From contig BPII01000001.1 of the NCBI GenBank assembly GCA_026004035.1, positions 312-64,311 on the forward strand: DNA of 64,000 nucleotides. The letters are read 5' to 3'. Within the stretch, counting starts at the first letter, position 1; each line of letters begins with the position of its first letter. This document shows, one piece after another, positions 38,319-48,077 of the stretch. This DNA is from Candidatus Sericytochromatia bacterium (GTDB taxonomy: Bacteria; Cyanobacteriota; Sericytochromatia; UBA7694; JACMQJ01). The notes beneath the pieces are model-generated. The model was not told where the DNA came from and did no database searches. It saw nothing but the letters and a program-made list of their open reading frames with translations. The position numbers and the translations under genes are program-made.

Positions 38319-38464
38319 TAAAGTAGTATTCATAACCTTTGTAGAGCAATATTAAGTTGAAAAAATACAAAATGTTTTATTACTTTTTAAGTAATCTTAT
38401 AGGTTATAATCTAATTCCTGTAATTATTTCATAAATAATAATAATCATTTATAATATTAACCTC

Positions 38465-38595
38465 TTATCAAATAAAGAAAATATTTTTGTTTGGTTACTA
38501 ATTTCGTTGTTAAGGTTATTTATATATTTGGAGAATTACATTTTATCAAGTAAAGAAAATATTTTTATCTAGTTGCTAATTTAGTTATTAAGCTT
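38465..38595. repeat. Imperfect 53-nt direct repeat, period 78
   Basis: 38465-38517 and 38543-38595 match at 45 of 53 positions (ttatcaaRtaaagaaaatattttt...ctaattt.gtt.ttaag.tt), upstream of rplI. Confidence 0.7.
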
Positions 38596-38682
38596 TAAAA
38601 AGTTATAAAAACTATTGAATCATTGTTATGTTTATGTTTAAATATACTAAAAATGTTTAAAGTTTCTTTAAAGGGAGGAATT

Positions 38683-39132
38683 ATGAAAGTAATATTAACA
38701 CAAGATGTACCTAAGTTGGGAAAAAGAGGAACAATAGTAGATGTTTCTGATGGACATGCTAGAAATTTTTTGTTTGTTAGAAAATTAGCAGTTGAAGCAA
38801 CAAAAGAAAATATTGAGAATGAAAAAAATAGATTAAAAAATATAAAGTTAAAGGAAGAAAGATTATTAGCTGAAGCACAAGAATTAGCAAAAAAATTAGA
38901 AGAAAACATTATTAAATTAAAAAGTAAAGCTGGTGAAAATGGTAAGTTGTATGGTACCGTTACCAATAAAGAAATTGCTCAAGCAATAAAAGAACAATTA
39001 AATCATGAGATAGATAAAAAGAAAATTCACATTAATGAGCATATAAAAACATTAGGTAATTATACACTAGAAATAAAGTTGCATCCACAAGTAATAGCTA
39101 AATTAAGATTACAAGTTGAAGAACTAAAATAA
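38683..39132 (+). CDS. rplI: 50S ribosomal protein L9
   Basis: MKVILTQDVPKLGKRGTIVDVSDGHARNFL is a typical L9 N-terminus. GGGAGG lies 5 nt upstream of this ATG; the ORF-track start at 38623 is an artefactual extension. Confidence 0.92.
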   Translation: MKVILTQDVPKLGKRGTIVDVSDGHARNFLFVRKLAVEATKENIENEKNRLKNIKLKEERLLAEAQELAKKLEENIIKLKSKAGENGKLYGTVTNKEIAQAIKEQLNHEIDKKKIHINEHIKTLGNYTLEIKLHPQVIAKLRLQVEELK

Positions 39133-40461
39133 ATGATAGATAAAATTCAACCTCATAATTTAGAAGCTGAAAGAGCTGTAATAGGTTCTATGCTTTTAGA
39201 TAAAGATGCTGTTATTAAATGTCTTGAAATACTAAAACCAAATTATTTTTATGCGCCTAATCATCAAACTATATTTAGAGTAATGCTTGATTTATTTAAT
39301 ATAAATAAACCTATAGATTTAATAACAATAAGTGATACTTTAAGGAATTTAAATTTACTTGATGATATAGGTGGCTATATATATCTTGTAGATTTAACTG
39401 AAAGCATACCAAGTACAGCTAATGTTGAACAATATGCTAGCATAGTTGAAGAAAAATATATAAGAAGAGAGTTAATAAGAATAAGCAATGAAATTATAGA
39501 GCTTTCATATGAAAGTAATGAGGATATTTCATTATTACTTGATAAAGCTGAAAAAGAAATATTTAATTTAGGACAAAAAAAATTTACAAAAGATTTAATA
39601 CATATAAGAGATACTTTAGTTGATAGTTTTGATGTTATTTCAAATGAAGATTTTTATGATGCTACTAAAATAGTAACAAGATATGGTATAAGTACAGGTA
39701 TTAACGATTTAGATCAATTAACTAATGGATTAAGACCATCTAATTTAATAGTAGTAGCAGCTAGACCAGCTATGGGTAAAACTTCTTTCTGTCTCAATTT
39801 AGCTACTAATATAGCTTTAAGAGAAAAATACCCTGTAGCAATATTTAGTTTAGAAATGTCTAAAGAAGAGTTATCTCAAAGGATATTATGTGCTGAAGCA
39901 GAAATAAGCTTACAACATTTTCGTTCAGGAAATATTCCAAAGGAAATGTGGGAAAAAATAACAAATACTATTTCAAAATTATACTCAGCACCAATTTATA
40001 TAGATGATTCTAGTTATTTAACTCCTATAGAAATGCGTTCAAAACTTAGAAGATTGAAAGCTGAACATAAAAAATTAGGTGCTGTAATAGTAGATTATAT
40101 ACAATTAATGGAAATAGAAGGTTCTGAAAATAGAGTTCAAGAAATAGCTAAAATATCCAGAAACTTAAAGAGAATAGCAAGAGAATTAGATGTTCCTGTA
40201 ATAGCTCTAAGTCAATTAAGTAGAAATGTTGAGCAAAGACAAAACAAAAGACCGCAATTAAGTGATTTAAGAGAAAGTGGTTCTATAGAACAAGATGCTG
40301 ATATAGTTATGTTTTTATATAGAGATGAATATTATAATCCAAATACGGATAAAAAGAAAATAGCTGAACTTATAATAGCAAAACATAGAAGTGGTCCTGT
40401 TGATACAATAGAACTATATTTTGATGCATCATTAACCAAGTTTTCAGGACTAGAAAGGTAG
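39133..40461 (+). CDS. dnaB: Replicative DNA helicase DnaB
   Basis: PHNLEAERAVIGSML, Walker A AARPAMGKTSF, FSLEMS, SQLSR, LRESGSIEQDAD. Starts directly after the rplI stop. Confidence 0.95.
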   Translation: MIDKIQPHNLEAERAVIGSMLLDKDAVIKCLEILKPNYFYAPNHQTIFRVMLDLFNINKPIDLITISDTLRNLNLLDDIGGYIYLVDLTESIPSTANVEQYASIVEEKYIRRELIRISNEIIELSYESNEDISLLLDKAEKEIFNLGQKKFTKDLIHIRDTLVDSFDVISNEDFYDATKIVTRYGISTGINDLDQLTNGLRPSNLIVVAARPAMGKTSFCLNLATNIALREKYPVAIFSLEMSKEELSQRILCAEAEISLQHFRSGNIPKEMWEKITNTISKLYSAPIYIDDSSYLTPIEMRSKLRRLKAEHKKLGAVIVDYIQLMEIEGSENRVQEIAKISRNLKRIARELDVPVIALSQLSRNVEQRQNKRPQLSDLRESGSIEQDADIVMFLYRDEYYNPNTDKKKIAELIIAKHRSGPVDTIELYFDASLTKFSGLER

Positions 40462-40582
40462 GTAGTATTTATAAATTTATTAAAAAAAATGAATAATAAT
40501 ATTTATTTAAATCAAAATTTGATAATTTATATTTTCATTTTATTTTAAAATATTTTAAGATTTATATATTTTATCCTTAATT

Positions 40583-41803
40583 ATGAATAGTCTTGAAGAT
40601 TCTTTTAAAATAGGTAAAAATTATCAAACATTAGAATATATAGGTGCTGGAGACACCGGGATTGTCTATAAAGGATTAAACTCAAATCTTAATACTTTAG
40701 TTGCTATAAAATTTTTAAAACCTGAATTAACAAGAAGTAATAAATTTATTTCTCATTTAAATCAAGAATTACAATCAGTTTTTGAATTAAATCATCCAAA
40801 TATTGTCAATGTAAAAGAATTATTAAAAGATGGAGATAAATATTACATAATAATGGAGTATGTAGATGGAATAGACTTACGTGATATTCTAAAAAATAAT
40901 GATATATTACCTTTTGAAACTAGTATAAATATAGTAACCCAAATAGCTAAAGGACTAGAATATTCTCACTCTAAAGAAGTTATACATCGTTCATTACAAC
41001 CAGAAAACATTATTGTAAGTAAAGACAAATTAGTAAAAATAATAAACTTTGGAATATCTAAAGCAATAGCCAATACATGGCTAACTATGACAGGAACAAA
41101 CGTGTCAAATGTAGAATATATGTCTCCTGAACAAGCCGAAGGTGAATTGGTAGATCATAGAAGTGATATATATTCTTTAGGTATAATTGCTTATGAGTTA
41201 TTTACAGGTCAAGTACCTTTTAAAAAAGGAAATCAAACTATATTGCAATTAGCAATGAAACATATTAACTCTATTCCTGAATTACCTTCTAAAATAAATA
41301 AAGATATACCTTCTTGGATAGAAGATATTATTATGAAGTGTATTGAGAAAAAACCTTCAGATAGATTTCAAAGTGCATCTGATATAATAAAAGCATTTGA
41401 AAATAGAGACAATGAACAAAAGAGACTTGAAATATTTATATCATCAAAAGTTGAAAATGAAAATAATAATATAGACATGAAAGAATTAGAACATTTTTTG
41501 TTAAACGATACAAATGATGAAAATAAAGAAAAAGAAGAATTAGTAATAAATAATGAAGAATTAGTAATAAATAATAATGTTACTCAAAATGATATTATAA
41601 ATCAAGAAGATTCTATTAAAATTGATATTCAAAATGAAGATAATAAAATAGATAACAAAGAAAATATTAAAGTTGAGAAAAAAACTTTATCTAATATTAA
41701 TAATATTAATAATATTAAGCAAATAAAAATTTTTCTCGGAATATTGATAATATTAGAAGTTATAATTATATCAATAATTTTATTAAGTCTTATGATAGAA
41801 TAG
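40583..41803 (+). CDS. Hanks-type Ser/Thr kinase-like membrane protein, predicted pseudokinase (HRD->HRS, DFG->NFG)
   Basis: GAGDTGIVYKG and VAIKFL are present. The catalytic loop reads HRSLQPEN (Ser137, codon TCA at 40991-40993). The Mg-binding motif reads INFG (Asn155, codon AAC at 41045-41047). SPEQ is present. Asn-rich linker and a C-terminal TM. Confidence 0.75.
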   Translation: MNSLEDSFKIGKNYQTLEYIGAGDTGIVYKGLNSNLNTLVAIKFLKPELTRSNKFISHLNQELQSVFELNHPNIVNVKELLKDGDKYYIIMEYVDGIDLRDILKNNDILPFETSINIVTQIAKGLEYSHSKEVIHRSLQPENIIVSKDKLVKIINFGISKAIANTWLTMTGTNVSNVEYMSPEQAEGELVDHRSDIYSLGIIAYELFTGQVPFKKGNQTILQLAMKHINSIPELPSKINKDIPSWIEDIIMKCIEKKPSDRFQSASDIIKAFENRDNEQKRLEIFISSKVENENNNIDMKELEHFLLNDTNDENKEKEELVINNEELVINNNVTQNDIINQEDSIKIDIQNEDNKIDNKENIKVEKKTLSNINNINNIKQIKIFLGILIILEVIIISIILLSLMIE

Positions 41804-44800
41804 AGTTTATTTTATTTATTTTTTTAGGAAAAATTATTTGCTTTTGTAAATTTTTTAATTCAATCTTTTCAAAATCATTACTTATATTAATTTTTTCTTT
41901 TAATTCAATATTTAATTTTAGAGCTTCTGCTAATAATAATTTATAATCTTTTTGCTTGATTATATTTATTTCATCTTCTAGTATAGAATTAGCTTCTTTA
42001 AAATTTCTTTCCAATTTTTTTATTATTACATTTAAAAGATTAAATTCTAATCTTAAGTAAAAAAATTCTGATTTTTTAAAATTTTCTGCTATTGTTTGTG
42101 ATAGTTCTTTTGCTTTTTCAATAAGATTTTTATCTATAAAATATTTAAGTTTTAATATATTAACTTCAAAAAATATTTCTTTATTATCTATATTAGAAAT
42201 TAATAAATCAAGTTCAGAAATATATTTGTCAAAATTTTTAAATGAGTATAAAATTAAGAGATAGTAATAGTAAGCCATAAAATAGTTTGAATTAGTTTCT
42301 TTAGAATTATTCTTTATTAAGTTTATAATTGATGTAAATTCATTTTTATTAAGATTATTTGAAAGTGTCAATAAATATATTTTTGATAGTATTATCAAGC
42401 TTCTTGTATAATTAAAACTATCATCATTTTTAAAAGTTTTATCTATTGCTTTTTTACAAATTTTATATGCTTCTTCAATATTTCCTAACCTAATATATAT
42501 ATCTGGCATATAAGAAAGCCAACGTCCTATATTAACTTTATCACCTATTTTTTCAGCAATGTTTAATGCTTTATTAAAAAACTCTAATGATTTTTTTTCT
42601 TCACCAGAATTTAAATAAACTATAGCTATATTACCCAAACAAGCTTCTTCTCGTCTTAAATCATGTATTTCTTTTGCTATATCTAATGATTTAAAACCGA
42701 ATGCTAATGCTTCACTTTGTAATCCAAGTTGGCTATATGGTGATACTATACTACCTAACCATCTACTTAAATTATTTTTATCATTTATCTCTTCTGTAAT
42801 ACTTAATGCTTTATGTGTAACTTTTATTGAATCAAGTTCTTTAGCCATTTTACTATAAGCTATTCCCATATTACCTAACCAATTAGCTTGACTTATTCTA
42901 TCTTTAGTTTCTAAAGCAATTTTATATGCTTCTTTAAAATGCTGTACTGCTTTATCTTGTTTCCACATTCTACTATAAGCAATTCCTATTGCTCCTAACC
43001 ATTTACCCTCAAGCTTATTGTTATTTAGAGATTTAGCAAGATTTAATGCTTTTTCAAAATAATTTATAGCTTTTTTTTGCTCTCCTAAATTACTATAGCT
43101 ATAGCCTATATTTCCAATCCATAACATTTCATTAAATTTATCTCCTAAAGATTTAGATAATTTTAATGCTTTATTAAAATATTCTATAGCCTTACTTTCA
43201 ATACCTAAATTACTATATGTTATTGCAATAGAACCAAGCCATCTTGAAGTATTTATTTTATCTCCTATAGATTCTGATATTTTAAAAGCTTCTTCTAATA
43301 ACTTTATAGCTTTTTTAGACTTTCCTAAATGAGCATAAACATTAGCAATATTCCCTAAACAAGCTGCTTCTCTTCTTAAATCATTTATTTCTTTGGCTAT
43401 TTTTAATGCTTTCTTTCCAATTTTTAAAGCATCATTTAATTGACCTATATTAGTATAAGAATAAGTTAATGCTCCTAACCATCTACTCTCGTTTGACTTA
43501 TCTTTTAAATTTTTTGATATTTCTATTGCTTTATTAAAATACTCTATTGCTTTACTTTCATCACCTATTTTACTATAAGATATTCCTAAATTACCATATG
43601 CTCGTCCTTGTCTTCTTATATCATCAATTTGTATTGCTATTTTTATACCTTCTGTAAAGTATCTTATAGCTTCTTCTTGATTTCCAAGACGACTATAGCA
43701 ATTACCTATTTCTATTAACCATTGACTTATATCAGAATAATTCTTTATTTTTTCAGAAATACTTAAAGCACTATCCAAATATTTTAATGCTTCTTTTTGT
43801 TCTCCTAAATTACTATATGATATACCAAGATTACCAAGTATCTTACTTTGTAACTTTTTATCATCTATATCAATAGATATTTTATAAGCTTGCTGTAAAT
43901 AACTTATTGCTTCTTTTTCATTACCTAATCTACTATAAAATATTCCTATATTACTTAGAGAATTGCAAAAGTTATACCAATCTCCAATTTTTTTTGATAT
44001 TTCGATTGCTTCTTTTGATAATTCTATTGCTTTTTTCTGTTGTCCTAAATTACTTAATGATACAGATAAATTTGATAACCATAAACTTTCATGATATTTA
44101 TCTCCGATTTCTCTTGAAATTAACAAAGCTTTCTGACTATAATCAATAGATTTTATGTCATTACCTATATTACTATAATAACTTGCTATATTTCCATACC
44201 AAATAGCTTGATTGTTTTTATCATTTGAAATAATAGATAAATCCAAAGCATCTTTTAAATATTTTATTGCTTTTTTATTATCTCCTAAATTACCATAAAT
44301 AATTCCAAGGTTACCTAGTACTATATATTTATTTGCTATGTCATTTGCTTTTTTTGATATATTTAAAGCTTTTTCATAAAATTCTATTGCTTTATTATAA
44401 TCTTCCAATGAGGAATAAATATTACCTATATTACCTAGCCATCTACCTTGATTAAATAAGTCATTTAATTCTTCAGATAATTTTAAAGCTTTTTTGTAAT
44501 TATTAAGTGCATCTTCTATTTTTCCAATTCTACTATAAGCTATTGCAATATTTCCTGTCCATTGTGCTTGAGCATACTTATTTTTATTTTCTTTTGCTAA
44601 TTTTAGTGCATTTTCATAAAATTGTATTGCTTTATTTATTTCACCTAATTTACTTAAAGATATTCCTAAATTTCCTATCCATATACATAAACCTTCTTTA
44701 TCGTTTATACTTTCTGCTATTTCAATAGCTAATGATAAATTATCTAATGATTTTGTAATTTCATTTAAATTACTATAGGTAACACCTAAATATCCTAAAG

Positions 44801-45218
44801 CATATTCTTTATTTTTTTTAGATTTTGATATATCTGTAGATTTCAAAACCTCATTACATAGTTCTATGACTTTTTTATAATCACCTTTTCTACTATAAAC
44901 TCTACTAAGATTTAATAAAACTTTCTCAAGTAAATCATTATTTTCTATTTTATTTAAAATTTCTAGTGCTACATTTAGGTTTTTATAAGCTTCCTCTATT
45001 TGTCTAGTATTGATAAAACAATCAGAAATTTTTAATAATAATTCAATTTTATAATCGTTATCATAATCAATGATTTTTAAAGCTTCATTATAATAGTTTA
45101 TAGCTTTATTAAACTTTTCTTCTTTTTTAAATATATCAGCTATTTTTTCTGCTAATTTGTAATCTTTATTATCTTTGTATTCCTTAATATAATTACTAAT
45201 ACCTTTTTTGTCTTTCAT
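41790..45218 (-). CDS. Giant tetratricopeptide-repeat (TPR) protein, 1142 aa
   Basis: More than 20 consecutive repeats of the type W.GNLGI.YS.LG...KAI.YFEKAL.I...I.D. Confidence 0.85.
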   Translation of the reverse strand: MKDKKGISNYIKEYKDNKDYKLAEKIADIFKKEEKFNKAINYYNEALKIIDYDNDYKIELLLKISDCFINTRQIEEAYKNLNVALEILNKIENNDLLEKVLLNLSRVYSRKGDYKKVIELCNEVLKSTDISKSKKNKEYALGYLGVTYSNLNEITKSLDNLSLAIEIAESINDKEGLCIWIGNLGISLSKLGEINKAIQFYENALKLAKENKNKYAQAQWTGNIAIAYSRIGKIEDALNNYKKALKLSEELNDLFNQGRWLGNIGNIYSSLEDYNKAIEFYEKALNISKKANDIANKYIVLGNLGIIYGNLGDNKKAIKYLKDALDLSIISNDKNNQAIWYGNIASYYSNIGNDIKSIDYSQKALLISREIGDKYHESLWLSNLSVSLSNLGQQKKAIELSKEAIEISKKIGDWYNFCNSLSNIGIFYSRLGNEKEAISYLQQAYKISIDIDDKKLQSKILGNLGISYSNLGEQKEALKYLDSALSISEKIKNYSDISQWLIEIGNCYSRLGNQEEAIRYFTEGIKIAIQIDDIRRQGRAYGNLGISYSKIGDESKAIEYFNKAIEISKNLKDKSNESRWLGALTYSYTNIGQLNDALKIGKKALKIAKEINDLRREAACLGNIANVYAHLGKSKKAIKLLEEAFKISESIGDKINTSRWLGSIAITYSNLGIESKAIEYFNKALKLSKSLGDKFNEMLWIGNIGYSYSNLGEQKKAINYFEKALNLAKSLNNNKLEGKWLGAIGIAYSRMWKQDKAVQHFKEAYKIALETKDRISQANWLGNMGIAYSKMAKELDSIKVTHKALSITEEINDKNNLSRWLGSIVSPYSQLGLQSEALAFGFKSLDIAKEIHDLRREEACLGNIAIVYLNSGEEKKSLEFFNKALNIAEKIGDKVNIGRWLSYMPDIYIRLGNIEEAYKICKKAIDKTFKNDDSFNYTRSLIILSKIYLLTLSNNLNKNEFTSIINLIKNNSKETNSNYFMAYYYYLLILYSFKNFDKYISELDLLISNIDNKEIFFEVNILKLKYFIDKNLIEKAKELSQTIAENFKKSEFFYLRLEFNLLNVIIKKLERNFKEANSILEDEINIIKQKDYKLLLAEALKLNIELKEKINISNDFEKIELKNLQKQIIFPKKINKINSILS

Positions 45219-45278
45219 TATTACCTCTAATTTAACCTTATTTATTTTATCAATTCTATTAATAAAATCAAATATATT

Positions 45279-46559
45279 TTATTGTTCTATAGCTAGAAAA
45301 TTAATACCTTTTTCCTTTGCAAAACTTTCAGCCCAGGAATTATTATATCCTTTTATTTTCTCTGGCATTTGATTACCAAACATAGAATTACTATAATAGA
45401 CATTCTTGTTTTTATTTAAAAATGTGATTTCATTTAATTTATTATTTCCAAAAGCAGCATGCCCAATATAAGTAACGGAAGAAGGTATAATTATACTTTC
45501 TAATTTATTATTATAAAATGCGTATGAGTCTATATGAATAACAGATTCATGCATTATTACATTTGTCAATTGATTACCAGAAAAAGCTCTATTACCAATA
45601 TAACGAACAGAATTAGGTATTTCTACATTTTCTAATTTGTTATTTGAAAATGTTTGAGATGCAATATAACTAATAGAATTAGGTAGTTTTACATTTTTTA
45701 ATTGATTTCCTGTAAAAGCACAATAACCTATATAAGTAACTGAATCTGGTATTGTAATATCCTCTAATTTATTGTTATAAAACGCAAAAGGACCTATATA
45801 ATTAATAGAATTAGGAATTTTTATATTTTTTAATTCATTATTTGCAAATGTATAAGCTCTAATAGACTTAATTGAATTTGGTATTTTTACATTAGTTAGT
45901 TGATTTCCTCCAAATGCAGAATAACCAATATATGTAACTGAATCAGGTATTATTAAAGTTTTTAGTTGATTTTTGTAAAAAGCATATGAACCAATGTAAT
46001 TAACAGAGTTTGGTATATCAATACTCTTTATTTGATTGTTAGAGAAAGTACTCTTACTAATATGATTAATAGAATTTGGTATTATTACATTTTCTATATC
46101 GTTATTTGAAAAAGCATATGAACCAATATAAGTAACAGAGTTCGGAATTTCTATACTTGTCAATTTATTACCAAAAAAGGCATATTCTCCAATATAATTG
46201 ACAGAATTAGGTATTACTATATTTGTTAATTGGTTTTTTGAAAAAGTTTTTTCAGCAATATAAGTAATAGAACTTGGTATTATTACATTAGTTAATTGAT
46301 TTTCCGCAAAAGCTTGATAACCAATATAAGTAACAGAGTCTGGAATTATTAAAGTTTCTAATTTATTTTGGTAAAAAGCGTGTGCTCCAATATAAGTAAC
46401 AGAATTGGGTATTGTTAAATTCTTTAGTCTATTTTTTGAAAAAGAACTATTATCAATATATGTTACAGAGTTAGGAATAACTACATTTGTTAATTTATTA
46501 TTTGAGAATTTATTACCAGCAATAAATGTTGAAGAATTAGGTATTATTATTTCAGACAT
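45279..46559 (-). CDS. BspA-type leucine-rich repeat (LRR_5-like) protein with no signal peptide
   Basis: About 17 tandem units of roughly 23 residues (IPNSVTYIGSYAFSNNxLxNVx). Confidence 0.8.
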   Translation of the reverse strand: MSEIIIPNSSTFIAGNKFSNNKLTNVVIPNSVTYIDNSSFSKNRLKNLTIPNSVTYIGAHAFYQNKLETLIIPDSVTYIGYQAFAENQLTNVIIPSSITYIAEKTFSKNQLTNIVIPNSVNYIGEYAFFGNKLTSIEIPNSVTYIGSYAFSNNDIENVIIPNSINHISKSTFSNNQIKSIDIPNSVNYIGSYAFYKNQLKTLIIPDSVTYIGYSAFGGNQLTNVKIPNSIKSIRAYTFANNELKNIKIPNSINYIGPFAFYNNKLEDITIPDSVTYIGYCAFTGNQLKNVKLPNSISYIASQTFSNNKLENVEIPNSVRYIGNRAFSGNQLTNVIMHESVIHIDSYAFYNNKLESIIIPSSVTYIGHAAFGNNKLNEITFLNKNKNVYYSNSMFGNQMPEKIKGYNNSWAESFAKEKGINFLAIEQ

Positions 46560-46711
46560 AATTAATATTTTATCATAAATAAACTTTATAAATATTAATA
46601 TATATTTGATTTAAGTTTTAGATTATTAATATTTATTTTTACTTTAATTTTAATTATTTTGTTTTTTATGTTAAATTATATTAAATAATTCAACTTATTA
46701 AAATCATAATA

Positions 46712-48067
46712 ATGTTTGTAAACTGGGAAGAGTTAAGAAGAAGGAACAAAATTCCTTTATTTTTTGATTTATTTATGATAAGTTTAGCAATATTAAATAT
46801 ATTGCTAGTATTATTTGATTTTACATACTTTTATTTTAGAGACTTTTACTTTCATAATTTAAATTTTATAACTAAAATATATGATCCTATAAAGGGAGTA
46901 GAAAAACATAGAGACACAGAAAAAATCATTTTACTTGCTGAAACTTTTTTTAGTAATATAGAAAATACTAAGAATGAAAAATTAAAGAATGAACTAGTTA
47001 ATATTTGTCTTGAAATGATAGAAAAAGATTTTTTCTCAAGAGCTAATAAATCAGGTAGTTTAGAAGTTATAAAAAATAAAATAAGGAAATATGAAAATGA
47101 AGAAAGTTCAAAAAAAGCTTTCAAAAAATTTTGGAATAATACCTCAATAATTAATTTTGAAAAAAATAAGAAATTCTTTTTTAAAGAAATATACCCTATA
47201 TTACAAACTAATTATTGGAGAGGTTATGATGAAAGAGGTAAATATATTGATTATTTTTATTACATAGATTCTATTTTTGTTTTAATATTTATTTTAGAGT
47301 TTATTTTTCAATGGATATTAGCTATAAAAAGAAATGGTAATGATGAAAAAATATTATATCCTTTATATCATTGGTATGATATTTTAGGACTTATACCATT
47401 AAAGGAATTTAGAATTTTAAGGTTATTTAGAATTCTTTCAGTATATATAAGACTTGTAAATACTAATATTATAATAATAAAAGATAATCCTATATATAAA
47501 AGAATATCTAAAATAAAAAGAATAATTACTGAAGAAATATCTGACCAAGTTTCAATAAACATATTAACTGATATACAAGAAAAAACTAAATTAGGTGCTA
47601 ATAGAGATTTAATAGCACAAACTATAAAAGCTCACAAAGAAGAAATTAAACATGTTTTAAAAGAAAATATTGTAAAACTGGAAAAAAGAATAATACAAGA
47701 AAATCATTCAAAAATAGTTAGTTTTATTAGTAATATTATTTTAGATAGTATAGAAAATAATTCTCAATATAAAAAAATAGAAAAAATACCATATATAAAT
47801 CAAAAAATAAAAGAAGTAATAAATTATTCTTCAATAAAAAATTATATTGATGAAATTTTGAAAAATTCATCAAATTCTTTTAATAAGTTAATAACATCTA
47901 AGGAAGGAGATGATCTATTAAATAATATAATAGATGATTTTATTGATGAAATAATAATAATACTTAACGATAAAAAAATACAAGATTTAATAGAAAATAT
48001 TAATTTGAAAGTATTAGAAGAACTAAAAAAAGGTAATAAATTAAAAAAATGGAAAATTATCAACTAA
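46712..48067 (+). CDS. Voltage-sensor-domain-like membrane protein lacking a pore domain, with a cytoplasmic helical tail of about 190 residues
   Basis: S1 FFDLFMISLAILNILLVLF. S2 YIDSIFVLIFILEFIFQWILA (acidic E). S3 HWYDILGLIPL (acidic D). S4 FRILRLFRILSVYIRL (Arg at every third position). No further hydrophobic segments. Confidence 0.6.
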   Translation: MFVNWEELRRRNKIPLFFDLFMISLAILNILLVLFDFTYFYFRDFYFHNLNFITKIYDPIKGVEKHRDTEKIILLAETFFSNIENTKNEKLKNELVNICLEMIEKDFFSRANKSGSLEVIKNKIRKYENEESSKKAFKKFWNNTSIINFEKNKKFFFKEIYPILQTNYWRGYDERGKYIDYFYYIDSIFVLIFILEFIFQWILAIKRNGNDEKILYPLYHWYDILGLIPLKEFRILRLFRILSVYIRLVNTNIIIIKDNPIYKRISKIKRIITEEISDQVSINILTDIQEKTKLGANRDLIAQTIKAHKEEIKHVLKENIVKLEKRIIQENHSKIVSFISNIILDSIENNSQYKKIEKIPYINQKIKEVINYSSIKNYIDEILKNSSNSFNKLITSKEGDDLLNNIIDDFIDEIIIILNDKKIQDLIENINLKVLEELKKGNKLKKWKIIN

Positions 48068-48077
48068 TTCTCTATTT

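Noticed and set aside
38176-38682. Replication origin next to dnaB
   Set aside because: There is no consensus DnaA box (TTATCCACA/TGTGGATAA) in the region and dnaA/dnaN are not adjacent. The ttatcaa motifs match only partially.
38595-38966. Minus-strand 123-aa ORF, and the 20-codon N-terminal extension of rplI (start 38623)
   Set aside because: The minus ORF is antisense to rplI. The L9 N-terminus MKVILTQDV with GGGAGG upstream fixes the start at 38683.
45279-46559. Regular periodicity of about 69 nt that could be mistaken for a CRISPR or satellite array
   Set aside because: The period is 23 codons of a continuous ORF encoding BspA-type LRR units. There is no repeat-spacer structure and no cas genes. 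The same reasoning applies to the TPR gene at 41790-45218.
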